A stretch of DNA of 63,284 bases, counting the filler, from Chiloscyllium plagiosum (Eukaryota), in assembly GCF_004010195.1 (NCBI RefSeq). It is 3 parts of one record of this genome, joined end to end, with 100 filler letters (N's around TTAATTAATTAA, not from the genome) between each part and the next. Parts side by side here need not be neighbours in the genome. Positions count along the whole stretch, not along the records: positions 1 to 27,089 come from NC_057710.1; positions 27,190 to 58,568 come from NC_057710.1; 1 more part is not named here. One strand, 5' to 3'. The notes under the pieces are model-generated. The model ran no database searches. It was not told the DNA's origin and was given only the letters and a program-made list of their open reading frames with translations. Made by a program: the position numbers and the translations under genes. Shown one piece after another: positions 26,557 to 39,030 of the stretch; within the stretch, counting starts at the first letter, position 1, and every line of letters starts with the position of its first letter.

Positions 26557-26845
26557 GTGGCACAATGGCTCAGTGGTTTGCGCTGCTGCCTCACAGTACC
26601 AAGGATCTGGGTTCAATTCCACCCTTGGGTGACTGGAGTTTGCATATTCTCTCAGTGTCCGTGTGGATTTACTCTGTATGCTTCAGTTTCCCCCCACATT
26701 CCAAAGACATGCAGGTTAGGTGGATTGGCCATGCTCAGTTGCTCATAGTGTCTGTGGAGGTATTGATTAGCCATGGGAAGTGTAGGGTTACTGAGATGGG
26801 GTAGATCTGGATGGATGTTCTTCAGTGTGGACTCAATGGTCTGAG
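26557..26845 (+). mobile_element. HE1 SINE
   Basis: GGCACAATGGCTCAGTGG head plus V-domain. Confidence 0.8.
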
Positions 26846-26850
26846 TGTAA

Positions 26851-27089
26851 AAGGTAAAAACAATGACTGCAGATGCTGGAAACCAGATTCTGGATCAGTG
26901 GTGCTGGAAGACCACAGCAATTCAGGCAGCATCCAAGGACAGGCAAAATCGACGTTTCGGACAAAAGCCCTTCATCAGGAATAAAGGCAGAGAGCCTGAA
27001 GCGTGGAGAGATAAGCTAGAGGAGGGTGGGGGTAGGGATAGAGTAGCATAGAGTACAATAGGTCAGTGGGGGAGGAGATGAAGGTGATA
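26851..27089 (-). mobile_element. Young Penelope pLTR (family A) with a hammerhead motif at ~26948-26982; runs into an assembly gap
   Basis: Near-identical to 530-725; reverse complement reads CTGATGAAGGGCTTTTGTCCGAAACGTC. Confidence 0.8.
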
Positions 27090-27189
27090 NNNNNNNNNNN
27101 NNNNNNNNNNNNNNNNNNNNNNNNNNNNNNNNNTTAATTAATTAANNNNNNNNNNNNNNNNNNNNNNNNNNNNNNNNNNNNNNNNNNNN
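27090..27189. other. Assembly gap with an artificial TTAATTAATTAA linker
   Basis: N runs flank TTAATTAATTAA; the same structure occurs at 58569-58668. Confidence 0.95.
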
Positions 27190-27480
27190 CCTTAGAATTA
27201 GAGGGGGTAAATTCAGAACAGAAATGCGGAGACATTTCTTCAGCCAGAGAGTGGTGGGCCTGTGGAATTCATTGCCGCAGAGTGCAGTGGAGGCTGGGAT
27301 GCTAAATGTCTTCAAGGCAGAAATTGATAAATTCTTGATGTCACAAGGAATTAAGGGCTACGGGGAGAATGCGGGTAAATGGAGTTGAAATGCCCATCAG
27401 CCATGATTGAATGGCGGAGTGGACTCGATGGGCCGAATGGCCTTACTTCCGCTCCTATGACTTATGGTCTTATGGTCTTA
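27190..27480 (+). mobile_element. Young CR1 LINE 3' end
   Basis: FFSQRVVGLWNSLPQ...FKAEID; CpG-rich; (TATGGTCT)n tail. Confidence 0.85.
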
Positions 27481-27561
27481 TATCCTGCTACATTAGCATG
27501 ACTTCAGGAGTGGGTTAGGTATAGGACAGATGAATCATTTGTCTGGCTTAGTTTCACTTTA

Positions 27562-27760
27562 ACAAAAACTGGAAGTGCTGGAGAAACTCACTAGGTTTAG
27601 CAGCATCTGCAGAGAGAAAAGTAGAGTTAACATTTTGAGTCCAGGGATCCTAAGCGACTGAAGTGTTAACTCTGTTTATCTCTCTTCAGATGCTGCCAGA
27701 CCTGCTGAGTTTCTCCAGCACTTCCAGTTTTTATTCCAGCAGCTGTAGTTCTTTGTTTTT
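27562..27760. mobile_element. Fold-back family C module
   Basis: AAAACTGGAAGTGCTGGAGAAACTCA...AGAGTTAACA and its inverse TGTTAACTCT...TGAGTTTCTCCAGCACTTCCAGTTTT. Confidence 0.65.
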
Positions 27761-29913
27761 ATTTTGTTTCATTTTATTTTGTTTATCATTTATCCGGCAT
27801 GACATGGAGGGTGATGTTGTCCCAGTAGCAACGTCACTGGTGTCGTAATCCTGCGAATGTTTTTGGGAGACGAGTTTAAATCAAGCCACAGGAGTTGGTT
27901 AACCTATTTTTCTAATTAACCTGTTCAGAGATTTTATTACGCGCCACTGGAGAATGTGGGCCTTGAAACGGGTTTCCCAGTACAGGAGCAGAAACACTAC
28001 TATTACATCATAACAGGACCCAGGAGTTGGTTTAACTGAAATGCAATTAATTGATCACAAGATATTCAGAATTAAAGCTAGTCTCAATAAAAGTGACCAT
28101 GAAACCATCATTGATTGTGAAGAGCCTGTTGTTTCACTAATGGAAGGAATTCTGCTGTCTTTATCTATCTTGTGGATAATTCCAGACCCACTGTCATATG
28201 GCTGACTTTTAAGGATGGCAACAAATGCTGACATTGATCGTGATGCCCAGATAATATGGAAGAATTTTTTTTTTTGAAAATTCATCCCTTCAGCTTTTAA
28301 CTAGTCTCCAATTGGAGAAAAAAAAGTATTTCTGGAGAATTTTCAGATATTTGCAACTACTATAATGATAATTTGTCTGCAAAGAGTCGCAAGCCAGGAG
28401 GATTGGGAAGCTGCGAAAACAGGTGGATATTCTGGAAATTGGTCGATAGCTTTGAGAAGCAAAAAGTATGGATATTTTTCTCAGGATATTATTTCAAGAG
28501 CTCATCTCATTGTATGGTTACAAAATGTCTTATGATTACAACAGTACTGCTGGAATTAGTGCATAAACATATAATCCTTGATTTGATTGTCTCAAATCTG
28601 GCATTATTCACCATTTACTGAACAAAGGTGTTTGCAGAATGTGGAAAAAAAAGAATTCTGGCCATGGTGGATATCTGAAATTAAAACAGACAAGGCTGGA
28701 AGTGCTCAGCTTACTCAGCTTCTGTGAAGAGAACTAATGTTTCAAGTTAACCCCTCTCCCTGTCTGTGTCATTGCTGATGGATACCTGTTCTACAGTCTA
28801 ATTAGGTAGTCCTGCACTGACCTTGCATAATCCACTGAGGTCAGGATCTGATATTACTGATGCCTTATTCACTGGTACTAGCTACTGTAGATTGAGGGTG
28901 ATGACTGCATGGTACAAATTCCCAGGTGGTCCCAGAAAGGGAGATACTGCAGAAAATGTGAAAGGGACCTTGGACATAAATTTGAGGCAATGGATAATTG
29001 AGAGATATTGAATTTTCTAATCAGATAGATGTACAACACCTTACCAGTACTTCCCTTTATCCCAAAGCTATGCCATTCTATAAATAAGAAAACACTTGCT
29101 CATTTCTTCTGCTTTTTCATACTGTTAATTTTTATATGGATAATATCCTTTTCTGTCACTTAGTTTCTGTAAAATCCTGACTGCATACAAAACCAGAGAA
29201 TACAATATATCTAATTGAAATGTATGGGATTTGAATTCCAGCCCAAATCTGAAAATTAGCACTGACCATTCTAAGTCCAACGTTCTCTGTTGCTAATTCC
29301 ACAAATAAAATTTGTACCAGACAAATCAAAAGGTTTTACAATGGATGCAATGAATGATTTTTGTGATATCTGTACATGAAACGACATTTATGCTCAAATA
29401 TTAATGTCGAGTTGTTCACAGATAATTGCCTGCCTGTATGAAATCAAATTTCCCTTGCTTATAAGTGACAGATGATATTTTGGGTGACAGTGACCTGAAT
29501 AATCTAAAAATCTGATTGTGGATGGAGATTGTTTTCTGGTCAAGATTTCAAACCTTTGCTTTTTGAGGTGAAGATCAGAAAAGTTGAGAGAAGAAGAACC
29601 TGAAACTGTGGCAGAGCCTGCTGTAGCCTTTACTCAATCTTTCAGTGAATTTTCATGGAGGGGGGAAAGGGGCTGTTTTCTCCACTTGACAGCCCATTTC
29701 TCTGTCTTCAGCATCATTTTTGTTGGGAAATTGGCAGAGTTGGGGCAGGTTTGTAAAATATGACTGGTTACAGTTGAATGTCAGTAAGAGGGTGTTGGTG
29801 CATTTGGGATAAAAAGAAAATACAGTTGTAAAAAGAACAAAAGAATTTGGTGGTACGTGGCATATTAAAAGCAATATTTGAAGTTGAGAGTATTGTTTTT
29901 AACCTCATAACTT

Positions 29914-30300
29914 AGAGTCATAGAACCATAGAGATGTACAACACGGAAACAGATCCTTAGGTCCAACTTGTCCATGCTGACCATTGAACATAGACCATAG
30001 AACATAGAACATAGAACAATACAGCACAGAACAGGCCCTTCGGCCCACGATGTTGTGCCGAACATTTGTCCTAGCTTAAGCACCCATCCATGTACCTATC
30101 CAATTGCCACTTAAAGGTCACCAAAGATTCTGACTCTACCACTCCCACAGGCAGCGCATTCCATGCCCCCACCACTCTCTGGGTAAAGAACCCACCCCTG
30201 ATATCTCCCCTATACCTTCCACCCTTCACCTTAAATTTATGTCCCCTTGTATATTGTAAATTAATCTGGTCCCATTTGCCAGCATTTGGCCCATATCCAA
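29914..30300 (-). mobile_element. Two nested CR1 3' ends
   Basis: A (CATAGAA)n-tailed CR1 (~29985-30250) lies inside a HER1-type tail. Confidence 0.75.
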
Positions 30301-30677
30301 CAGGCAGTAATGATTAGGCAAAACCTTACTAAAAGATTAGAGCACTGTATGGTCTGAAAAGCATGAGGGGAGTTGATCAAGTAGCATTGCGAAATGTATT
30401 GCATCCACATCCCCGCATCGTTGTATCCAGGTTGCATTGATAGGTGACAAGGCTAAACTAGGACAGAGTGCAGGAGATTGACAGCTAATCTGGAAGTAGT
30501 GGCATGTTTGTCTATGTAGACAAATTGCCATTTTCACAAGGATGCCACCTGCTCTGAAGAAATACAAGTATGACAAAAGCGATGTGAAATTAGGTTATTT
30601 CTGACATTGAATCTTCCAAAAGGCATGAGCTGAGTCATGATGGTAATTTGAGATGGTTGAGCATGGCATGAAATGGG

Positions 30678-30908
30678 CTGATGATTCACTGTTGAAAAAT
30701 TTGGTGCTGGAAAAAAACAGCAGGCCAGGCAGCATCCGAGGAGCAGGAGAATCGACGTTTCGGGCATAAGCCCTTCTTCAGGAATGAAACGTCTATTCTC
30801 TTGTTCCTCGGATGCTGCCTGGCCTGCTGTGTTTTTCCAGCACCACATTTTTCAACTCTGGTCTCCAGTATCTGCAGTCCTCACTTCCTCCCTGATGATT
30901 CACTGTTG
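30678..30908. mobile_element. Fold-back family A pLTR module with a 17-bp flanking duplication and an intact hammerhead on the minus strand (~30750-30785)
   Basis: CTGATGATTCACTGTTG at 30678-30694 and 30892-30908; reverse complement reads CTGAAGAAGGGCTTATGCCCGAAACGTC. Confidence 0.85.
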
Positions 30909-31979
30909 CCTTTTTTCCCTTTGCACTCTCTAAATGTAAAACCCAGAAACTGAAACTGTTGTAAAAATGTATTTTGCAGGTCATACTACAGTGGGATTGA
31001 AGATCAATGAACTGTAGTTTCAATTCTGCCCTTCGATTCAGCCAATGTATAATTGGCTTGGCAAAGCTGTCAAATTCATGACAATTTAAATGTCTTTTTC
31101 AAGTCCAGGTTCAAGCCCAGCTACATTAATGCTCAAATGCAATGTGACTTTGTATGGCATTCAAATTGTGATTAGAATACAGTTGGAGCTGTAAATTGTT
31201 GAACCTGTTGATCAGTATTTAGTGGGTAAGATTACTAACTTCATTTTAGTCTGCTTCATAACACTCTTTCACATGGTGGAGATGCCTTATCACAAGTATT
31301 CGTGTATTGATATTTTTTCTTTGGTTGTATATCCTTCACATGATCCACAGATATTTGCTGAAGGGCTGAATTTTGTACTGAGAACAGAGTCCGCAGCCAC
31401 AGGCCCCTAATGTAAAGGTCAGGTTGAGCCTTCCCAGCCTTGGCTGTTCACTTACGAAGAAATCACTTGGCTTGAGGCAAGACTTCTGATCCCATTAGGC
31501 AGTGAATCTTTTTTCCGAAAGCTACCAGCCAATCAAATGGCAGGGAACTTTCCCAGCCTCATCACCAATTATTTTAAGTTTTCCTTTTTAAAAAAAAATT
31601 ACTAGAAAATTGGCAATAATCAGAGGAAAGCAGATGGTGCAGTTTAAGAATTTTAGAACTGAGAAATGGAAAATAATTTATGACTTCAATGAAAATTATT
31701 TATAAGCCTTTGCGCAGCACAAAACATATCAGTGCAGTCTGCATAAATTAGAGTACCACAGTGACAGTTTAAAATAGGGTTTTAACTTCACATAGCTTGG
31801 GATAAGCATCTTAGAGGGAAAAGAACAGTTAAAAAATAACTAATGCAAGAAAATGGTGGTCTTGGTCATGTTGGTCCTCCAGTTTTCAAGTATACCAAAC
31901 AAGTTGGACCAGTATGTTTCATTTGTCAGTTTTACTGCTTTTTTCACTTCTGGAAAGTCAAAAAAATAATACCTTTCTT

Positions 31980-32205
31980 GAACAAAAGCAGAAATTACTG
32001 AGAAAGCTCAGCAGGTCTGGCAGCAACTGTGGAGAGAAATCAGAATTAACATTTCTGGTCAGATGAACTGGGTCTCAGGAAAGGTCACTTGACCCAAAAC
32101 GATACTTCTGATTTCTCTCCTCAGATGCTCCCAGACCTGATGAGCTTTTCCAGAAATTTGTTTTTGTTTCTGATTTACAGCATACGAGATTCGTTCATTT
32201 TTTAA
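31980..32205. mobile_element. Fold-back family C module
   Basis: Inverted arms GAAAGCTCAGCAGGTCTGG / CCAGACCTGATGAGCTTTTC around a decayed GGTCACTTGACCC stem. Confidence 0.65.
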
Positions 32206-32339
32206 AACAAATTTCTGACTTCTGGGTAGATTTCTACAGAGCATTTCCTAGAAGCTTCAAAGCAAAGGCAGCAATAGATTTAACAATAACTTAAAAAGTC
32301 AGATTTATAGAATCCATACAATGCAGAAAGAGGCCATTT

Positions 32340-33597
32340 AGAGTCAGAGAGTCATAGAGATGTACAGCATGGAAACAGACCCTTTGGTCCAACCCGTCCA
32401 TGCCGATTAGATATCCCAACCCAATCTAGTCCCACTTGCCAGCACCCGGTCCGTTTCCCTCCAAACCCTTCCTATTCATATACCCATCCAAATGCCTCTT
32501 AAATGTTGCAATTGTACCAGCCTCCACCACTTCCTCTGGCAGCTCATTCCATACATGTACCATCCTCTGCGTGGAAAAGTTGCCCCTTAGGACTCTTTTA
32601 TATCTTTCCCCTCTCACCTTAAACCTATGCCCTCTAGGTCTGGACTCACCGACCCCAGGGAAAATACTTTGCCTATTTACCCTATCCATGCCCCTCATAA
32701 TTTTGTAAATCTCTATAAGGTCACCCCACAGCCTCCGACGCTTCAGGGGAAACAGCCCCAGCCTTTCAGCCTCTCCCTGTAGCTCAAATTCTCCAACCCT
32801 GGCAATATTCTTGAAAATCTTTTCTGAACCCTGTCAAGTTTCACAACATCTTTCCGATAGGAAGGAGACCAGAATTGCATGCAATATTCCAACAGTGGCC
32901 TAACCAATATCCTGTACAGCCGCAACATGACCTCACAACTCCTGTACTCAATTCTCTGACCAATAAATAAAAGCATACCAAACGCCTTCTTCACCATCCT
33001 ATCTACTTGCAACTCCACTTTCAAGGAGCTTTGAACCTGCACTCCAAGGTGTCTTTGTTCAGCATTCCCTAGGACCTTACCATTAAGTGTATAAGTCCTG
33101 CTAAGATTTGCTTTCCCAAAATGCAGCACCTCACATTTATATGAATTAAACTCCATCTGCCACTTCTCAGCCCATTGGCCCATCTGGTCAAGATCCTGTT
33201 GTAATCTGAAGTAACCCTCTTCGCTGTCCACTACACCTCCAATTTTGGTGTCATCTGCAAACTTACTAACTGTACCTCTTATGCTCGCATCCAAATCATT
33301 TATGTAAATGACAAAAAGTAGTTGACCCGGCACCGATCCTTGTGGCACTCCACTGGTCACTGGCCTCCAGTCTGAAAAACAGTCTTCTACCACCACCCTC
33401 AGTCTTCTACCTTTTGAGCCAGTTCTGTATCCAAATGGCTAGTTCTCCCTGTATTCCATGAGATCTAACCTTGCTAATCAGTATCCCATGGGGAACCTTG
33501 TCGAACGCCTTACTGAAGTCCATATAGATCACATCTACTGCTCTGCCCTCATCAATCCTCTTTGTTACGTCTTCAAAAAATTCAATCAAGTTTGTGA
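32340..33597 (-). mobile_element. HER1/CR1 LINE, RT domain to 3' end (frameshifted)
   Basis: DVIYMDFSKAFDKVPH, SGVPQGSV, SKFADDTK, RPLLEYCMQFWSP. Confidence 0.95.
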
Positions 33598-33639
33598 TTT
33601 GACCCATCAATTCTGCATCAATGCTCTAAACAGTATCCT

Positions 33640-33912
33640 ACACAGACAAAGACCCCTACCTTACTCCTGTAATCCCGCATTTACCATGGCTAACCCATCT
33701 AACCTGCATATTCAACACTACAAGGCAATTTATCATGGCCAATCCACCTAATCTGCATATCTTTGCACTGTGGGAGGAAACTGGAGCACCTAGCATAAAC
33801 CTATTCAGACACAGCGAGAACGTGCAAGCTCCACACAGTTACCCAAGATGTAATTGAGCCTGTGTCTCTGATGTTGTGAGGCAGCAGTGCTAACCACTGA
33901 GAGACTGTGCGG
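33640..33912 (-). mobile_element. HE1 SINE
   Basis: Reverse complement of the HE1 head (TGAGGCAGCAGTGCTAACCACTGA) and V-domain. Confidence 0.8.
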
Positions 33913-34477
33913 CCAATTTAGTTAACTGCCTGATGGCGCATGAACATTTACCTAATGGTAGCCATATATGATTGTGGTCATCGTTTTGTTTGGAAGGAAG
34001 AAACTCAAAACAGCTACTAATGTTCTGAATTTAACTGAGCCCAAGTTCAACTGGATGAGGCAAAGATCATCTCACTGATAATAAACTGTAAATGAGTGCA
34101 ATGACAAAAATATCAAAGTGGGTGAAGTTTACTAAAAGGTTGAAAATGATACTGACTACTTGGTAGTCCCTAAGAACAAGTTGTCTATTTTCCAAAAGTA
34201 AAACGGCCATGGATTACGTAAGAGATAAAGGACAACATAAACTAGAAGAAATAGCAAAGAAGAGTACAAAAATATAGTACAGGTCCGGTAAAAGGGAGAA
34301 ATAGAAAGAGCAGTAAAGGATGACAAAACAAAAACTACAAGAATGGGAGCATGAAAAGAAAGTTGTAGAGGATAAGAAAACTAATGCAAGAAACTTTTCC
34401 AATATATTACCAAAAGAAATTGCGAATTGTGTTACCATTAAAAATTGATTACAGTAGTAATGTAAATTAGAAAGTAA

Positions 34478-34880
34478 GACTTAGATGTATTACAGTACCT
34501 TTCTTGGCCACATGATTTCCCAAAGGACTTTACATTAAATGAAATGTTTATTGAAGTGTGTTCATTGTTGTAATGTAGGAAATGAAACAGGCAATTTTTT
34601 TTCAGCTAACTCTATGATCAGCAATATGATTACAATCAGAAAATCTGTTCCCATGTTGTTGATTGAGGGACACATTTTGGCTGAGACTGTTGATAAATCC
34701 TTTGGTCAGCTTCAAAATGTCGCCATGGGATCTTTATCTCCACCTTAGATGGATATCAGGGTCTCAGTGTAAGTCTTTATGTACTGCACAAGCTTTTAAC
34801 CTTTGGTGCTGAAGCACAAAAGTGGGACATGAACCTATAATCTTCTGACTCAAAAACAAGGGTGTTACAGCTGACACCAA
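34478..34880 (-). mobile_element. Deu-domain SINE
   Basis: GCCATGGGATCTTTATCTCCACC is the reverse complement of the Deu core; tail at ~34480. Confidence 0.65.
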
Positions 34881-36126
34881 AATCAAAAAATGACAATTAG
34901 ATTGATCAGCCACAATCCGATAGAATGGTGGAGCGGGCTCAATGGGCCAATGGCCTATTCCTACTCTTGTTTTATTTTCCTAAGTTCCTTGCAGCTGTAT
35001 TTGCTGAAGAGCTAGAGGTAATTATGGCAGACACACCAAGGAAATTCCAGTATATCTTACAGGGGGTGTGGATTCCACATCACTCCCAAATTCAGAGAAG
35101 ATTGAAGATTATCAGTGCCTTTGCAATTTCCACTTTCACTTCCATCAAAATTCTTGGATGCATCTCATCCTAATCCAGTGCTTTTTCCTCATTCGAGTAT
35201 CAACTGCTCACACAATACCTCCTCCTTATCAATTTTAAACTCTTCCAATGAATGAGGTTCATCTTCTGTCACTGTGGACTAGGCAGTATCTGCCCAGTAA
35301 GAAAATCCAGATGCAGAGTATTCATTGAACACCTCAGCTATGCCTCTTCTCTCTGTGTAAAATCCTTTTTTGGTCCTAAATGGCCCAGTTCATTCTCCTG
35401 TTCCCTGGATGCTGCCTGTCCTGCTGCGCTTTTCCAGCAACATATTTTCAGCTCAGTTCATTCTTCTGCCTACCTTTTATTTTTGACATTGGGAAGACTT
35501 ATAGAACACCTTGGATTGCATCCTGTGTTAGCAGATAATCTTTTTTCATAATCCTTTTTTACTTCTCATTTGATTTTTTATATCACTTCTGCATTTTAGT
35601 GTTGGGAAAGTCACTCAGTTATATGTGGTAACACTTCTGGGTAAGAAAAGAAAGAAGGTTATTTCTTTCGTTGATCTACTTTGCAAACACTTCAGGTATT
35701 CAAATTTTATCATACAGGCTGATTGAACAATTTCTCTTTCCAAAACAGATTGGTCTTCCTTTAATCTGATAGTTGGGCAAGAATTAAATTTCATTGTGTG
35801 TTCCTGGACTTGATAAATCCAGATAGCAAGGTTGGTCTAGAGACTTTTGGAGTGAAAAGAATTCCATGTATTGCCATGATATCATATCAGTAGCATTTAG
35901 CTGCATGTTTGATACAGCTTCAGTTGGTATCATTGATGTTGAAATTTATCTGATTACATAATGAGAAATGTTCAGAGTCTTTTAGTGCATGCATTTTCCG
36001 GCTTCGTCGTTCCAATTCCAATAAGATATCTTGTAAACAAATATGGGTGGGAGTCAGAATTTACCATTCTGTAGACATTTCGTGGGTGTCTTGATTTCGA
36101 TTGACCTACTTCTCACTTGTGAAATT

Positions 36127-37065
36127 AGGAACAGTAAAACAACAATTTAAACAGCAATTAATTCAGTATGTCAGATTAGGATGTCTCTGAGGCATTCAGG
36201 TATGTCTGCTTGACCTGATGCCATTTTAAGGAAGAGCAGTAATTGGGTGAACAACAAGCCTTTCTGGAACAGTTAGGAGACCATTTATCGATATGAATTA
36301 GAATCCTCTGCCAGTTTTAAGACTACAATTGAAATGTTTTGGTCCCAGTGAATAATTGTATTGAGCATTGAGGGCAGGATTTTCATCTGTAGACAGGAAT
36401 TGAGAATCAGTTCATTTCTTACTGTCACAATCCCAACTCCTACCTGGCAGTGTCAAATCACTTTATTCTCATGGTGAGATGTTGGGAGAGGGCTGAATTG
36501 TGTTTGATACCTCAAAGAGCAAGACTGAGGCTGGAATGAAGGACATATACCATAGCCAAGAGGTTAAAGGCCCATCTTCTTTTACTGGTACATTGGTCCA
36601 GATATAGAGATGGATATGAGACACTCCAACACCCATGTCTTAGTTTCTTCACATAATGTCGCCATATGGCCCCATATACCTCCTCACCTATCTGTGTGAC
36701 TTCCATATCTCCATGCCCTGCCATCTACCTCATGTCACCCTTTGCCTGTTCCGCAAGAATCCAATGTGTGCAAAATTCATTAGTTCTGTAATAACTTGAG
36801 GTACTCTTCTCACCTCAACATTAGTGGCCAATACAATTATCCACTGGGACCAAAACATTTCAATTGTAGTCTTAAAACTGGCAGAGGATTCTAATTCATA
36901 TCAATAAATGGTCTCCTAACTATTCCAGAAATACTTGTTGTTCACCCAATTACTGCTCTTCCTTAAAATGCCATCAGGTCAACCAGACATACCTGAATGC
37001 TTCAGAGACATCCTAATCCAACATACTGAATTAATTGTTGTTTAAATTGTTGTTTTACTGTTCCT
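36127..37065. repeat. Inverted repeat: ~237-bp arms (36127-36363 / 36829-37065) with a ~465-bp spacer
   Basis: Direct comparison shows reverse-complement arms with only scattered mismatches. Confidence 0.92.
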
Positions 37066-37571
37066 GTGAGGATTTGTGGAAAAATGGCCAGTTTTACAAT
37101 GAAGTTGCCAACATTTGGAAAATCTGATCCTGAATATTGTCCGTAAGATAAATGAGCTTATAGCACAAATTGAAATTGGTGGGCTTGATGTTGTGGGTAT
37201 CATAGAGACATGGCTGCAAGGGGATCAGTGCTGGGAACTAAATATCCAAGGATACACGTCCTATCGAAAGGACAGGCAGATGAGTGGAGGGGGTGGTGTT
37301 ATCTTGGTTAGAAAAATGAAATTAAATTGATATCAAGAAGAAAAAGAGTTGAGAGGCATAGAACCTGTGTGGGTAGAGTTGAGGAACCACAAAGGAAAAA
37401 GACACTAATGGGAGTTATGTGCAGACCGCCTAGAAGAGTCAGGGTGTGGGGAAGAAGATAAATCAGGAGTTCCAAAAGCATGTGAGAATGGCACAATTAC
37501 AAAAATCATGGTGGACTTCAATATGCAGGTGGACTGGCAAAATCAGGTTGGTAGCAGATCTCAAGAAAAGG

Positions 37572-37821
37572 ATTCCTGAAATGTCGGAGTCTAGGTTAGA
37601 GTGGTGCTGGAAAAGCACAGCAGATCAGGCAGCATCCGAGGAGTAGGAAAATCGACGTTTCGGGCAAAAGCCCTTCCTGATGAAGGGCTTTTGCCCGAAA
37701 TGTTGATTTTTCTGCTCCTCAGATGCTGGCCGACCTGCTGTGCTTTTCCAGCACCACTCTGATCTCGACTCTGATCTCCAGCATCTGCAGTCCTCATTTT
37801 CTCCCCGTTCCTGAAATGTCG
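37572..37821. mobile_element. Fold-back family A pLTR module with a 14-bp flanking duplication
   Basis: TTCCTGAAATGTCG on both sides; inverted hammerhead halves meet at ~37675. Confidence 0.85.
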
Positions 37822-38879
37822 ACAAGATTGCTTTTTGGAGCAACTTGCGGTAAACCCCACTAGGGAATCGGCACTTCAGGATTTAGTGTTGTGTAATGAG
37901 GCAGACATGATTAGGGAGCTGAAGGTGAAGGGACAATGACCATAGTACGATAGAATTCGCCCTGCAATTTGAGAGGCAGAAGATTGTAATACTGTGATAT
38001 CTGATTCAATTGAGTAAAGCTAATGACAAAGACATGAGGGAGGAGCTGGATAGAGTTGATAAGAAGGAAAGTCTAGCAGGGAACACAATGGAACAGCAAA
38101 GACTGGAGTTTCTAGGGCTAATTCGGGCGGCACAGTAGAAATTCATCCCAAAGAAGAATGACCATATTAAGGGGAGGATGAAGCAACTATAGCGGACAAG
38201 AGAAGCTTGGGATGCGTAAAAGCAAAAGAAAAAACATACAAGATTCATGGAAAGCCAGTGGATTAGGAGTCTTTTAAAAACCAGCAGAGAATAACTAAGA
38301 AAGCAATAAGGGGTAGCTGTGTGGGTAGAGTTGAGGAACCACAAAGGAAAAAGACACTAATGGGAGTTATGTGCAGAGTTTTAGGTATCTGAAAGGTCAG
38401 GGAGAGGCAAGAGTGGACAGTGGACTACTAGGAAATGAGGCTAGAGAAGTAGTTATGAGGACAAATAAATGGCAGAGGAACTGAACAGGTACTTTGCATC
38501 AGTTTTCACAATGGCAGACACCATTAGCAGACCATAATTTCAAGAGGGTCAGCAGGCAGAGATGAGTGTAGCGTAAGAAGAAGGTGCAGGGAAAGCTGAA
38601 TAGTGTGAAGGTGGATAAATCACACAGACGGATAACCTACATCCCACGTTTCTGAAGGAGATAGCGAGGAGATTGTAGAGGCATTGGTGGTGATCTCTCA
38701 GGAATCACTGGAGTCAGGGAGGGTGCCAGAGGACGGGAAAATAGTTAATGTAATATCCTTGTTTTTGAAGGGAGAGAAGCAGAAGACAGGAAACTGCAGG
38801 GCAGTTAGCGTGAATTCTGTTGGTAAGATTTTAGAGTCCATTACTAAGGATGTGATTGAAATGCAGAGTAAAATAGTCA

Positions 38880-39030
38880 TGATTTGAGGTGCCGGTGTTG
38901 GACTGGGGTGTACAAAGTTAAAAATCAAGTTGTACTCCACAACCACCTGATGAAGGAGCAGCGCTCCAAAAGCTAGTGCTTCCAAATAAAGCTTTTGGAC
39001 TGTAACCTGCTGTTGTGTGATTTTTGACAT
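38880..39030. mobile_element. Fold-back family B pLTR module with a hammerhead at ~38944-38978
   Basis: CACCTGATGAAGGAGCAGCGCTCCAAAAGCTAGTG preceded by an inverted 3' tail. Confidence 0.8.

Noticed and set aside
27134..27145. Palindromic TTAATTAATTAA between N runs (also 58613-58624)
   Set aside because: Identical in both gaps; it is a six-frame-stop assembly linker, not biological
29250..29874. Possible host exon or transposase remnant
   Set aside because: No sustained ORF with splice sites and no recognisable motif
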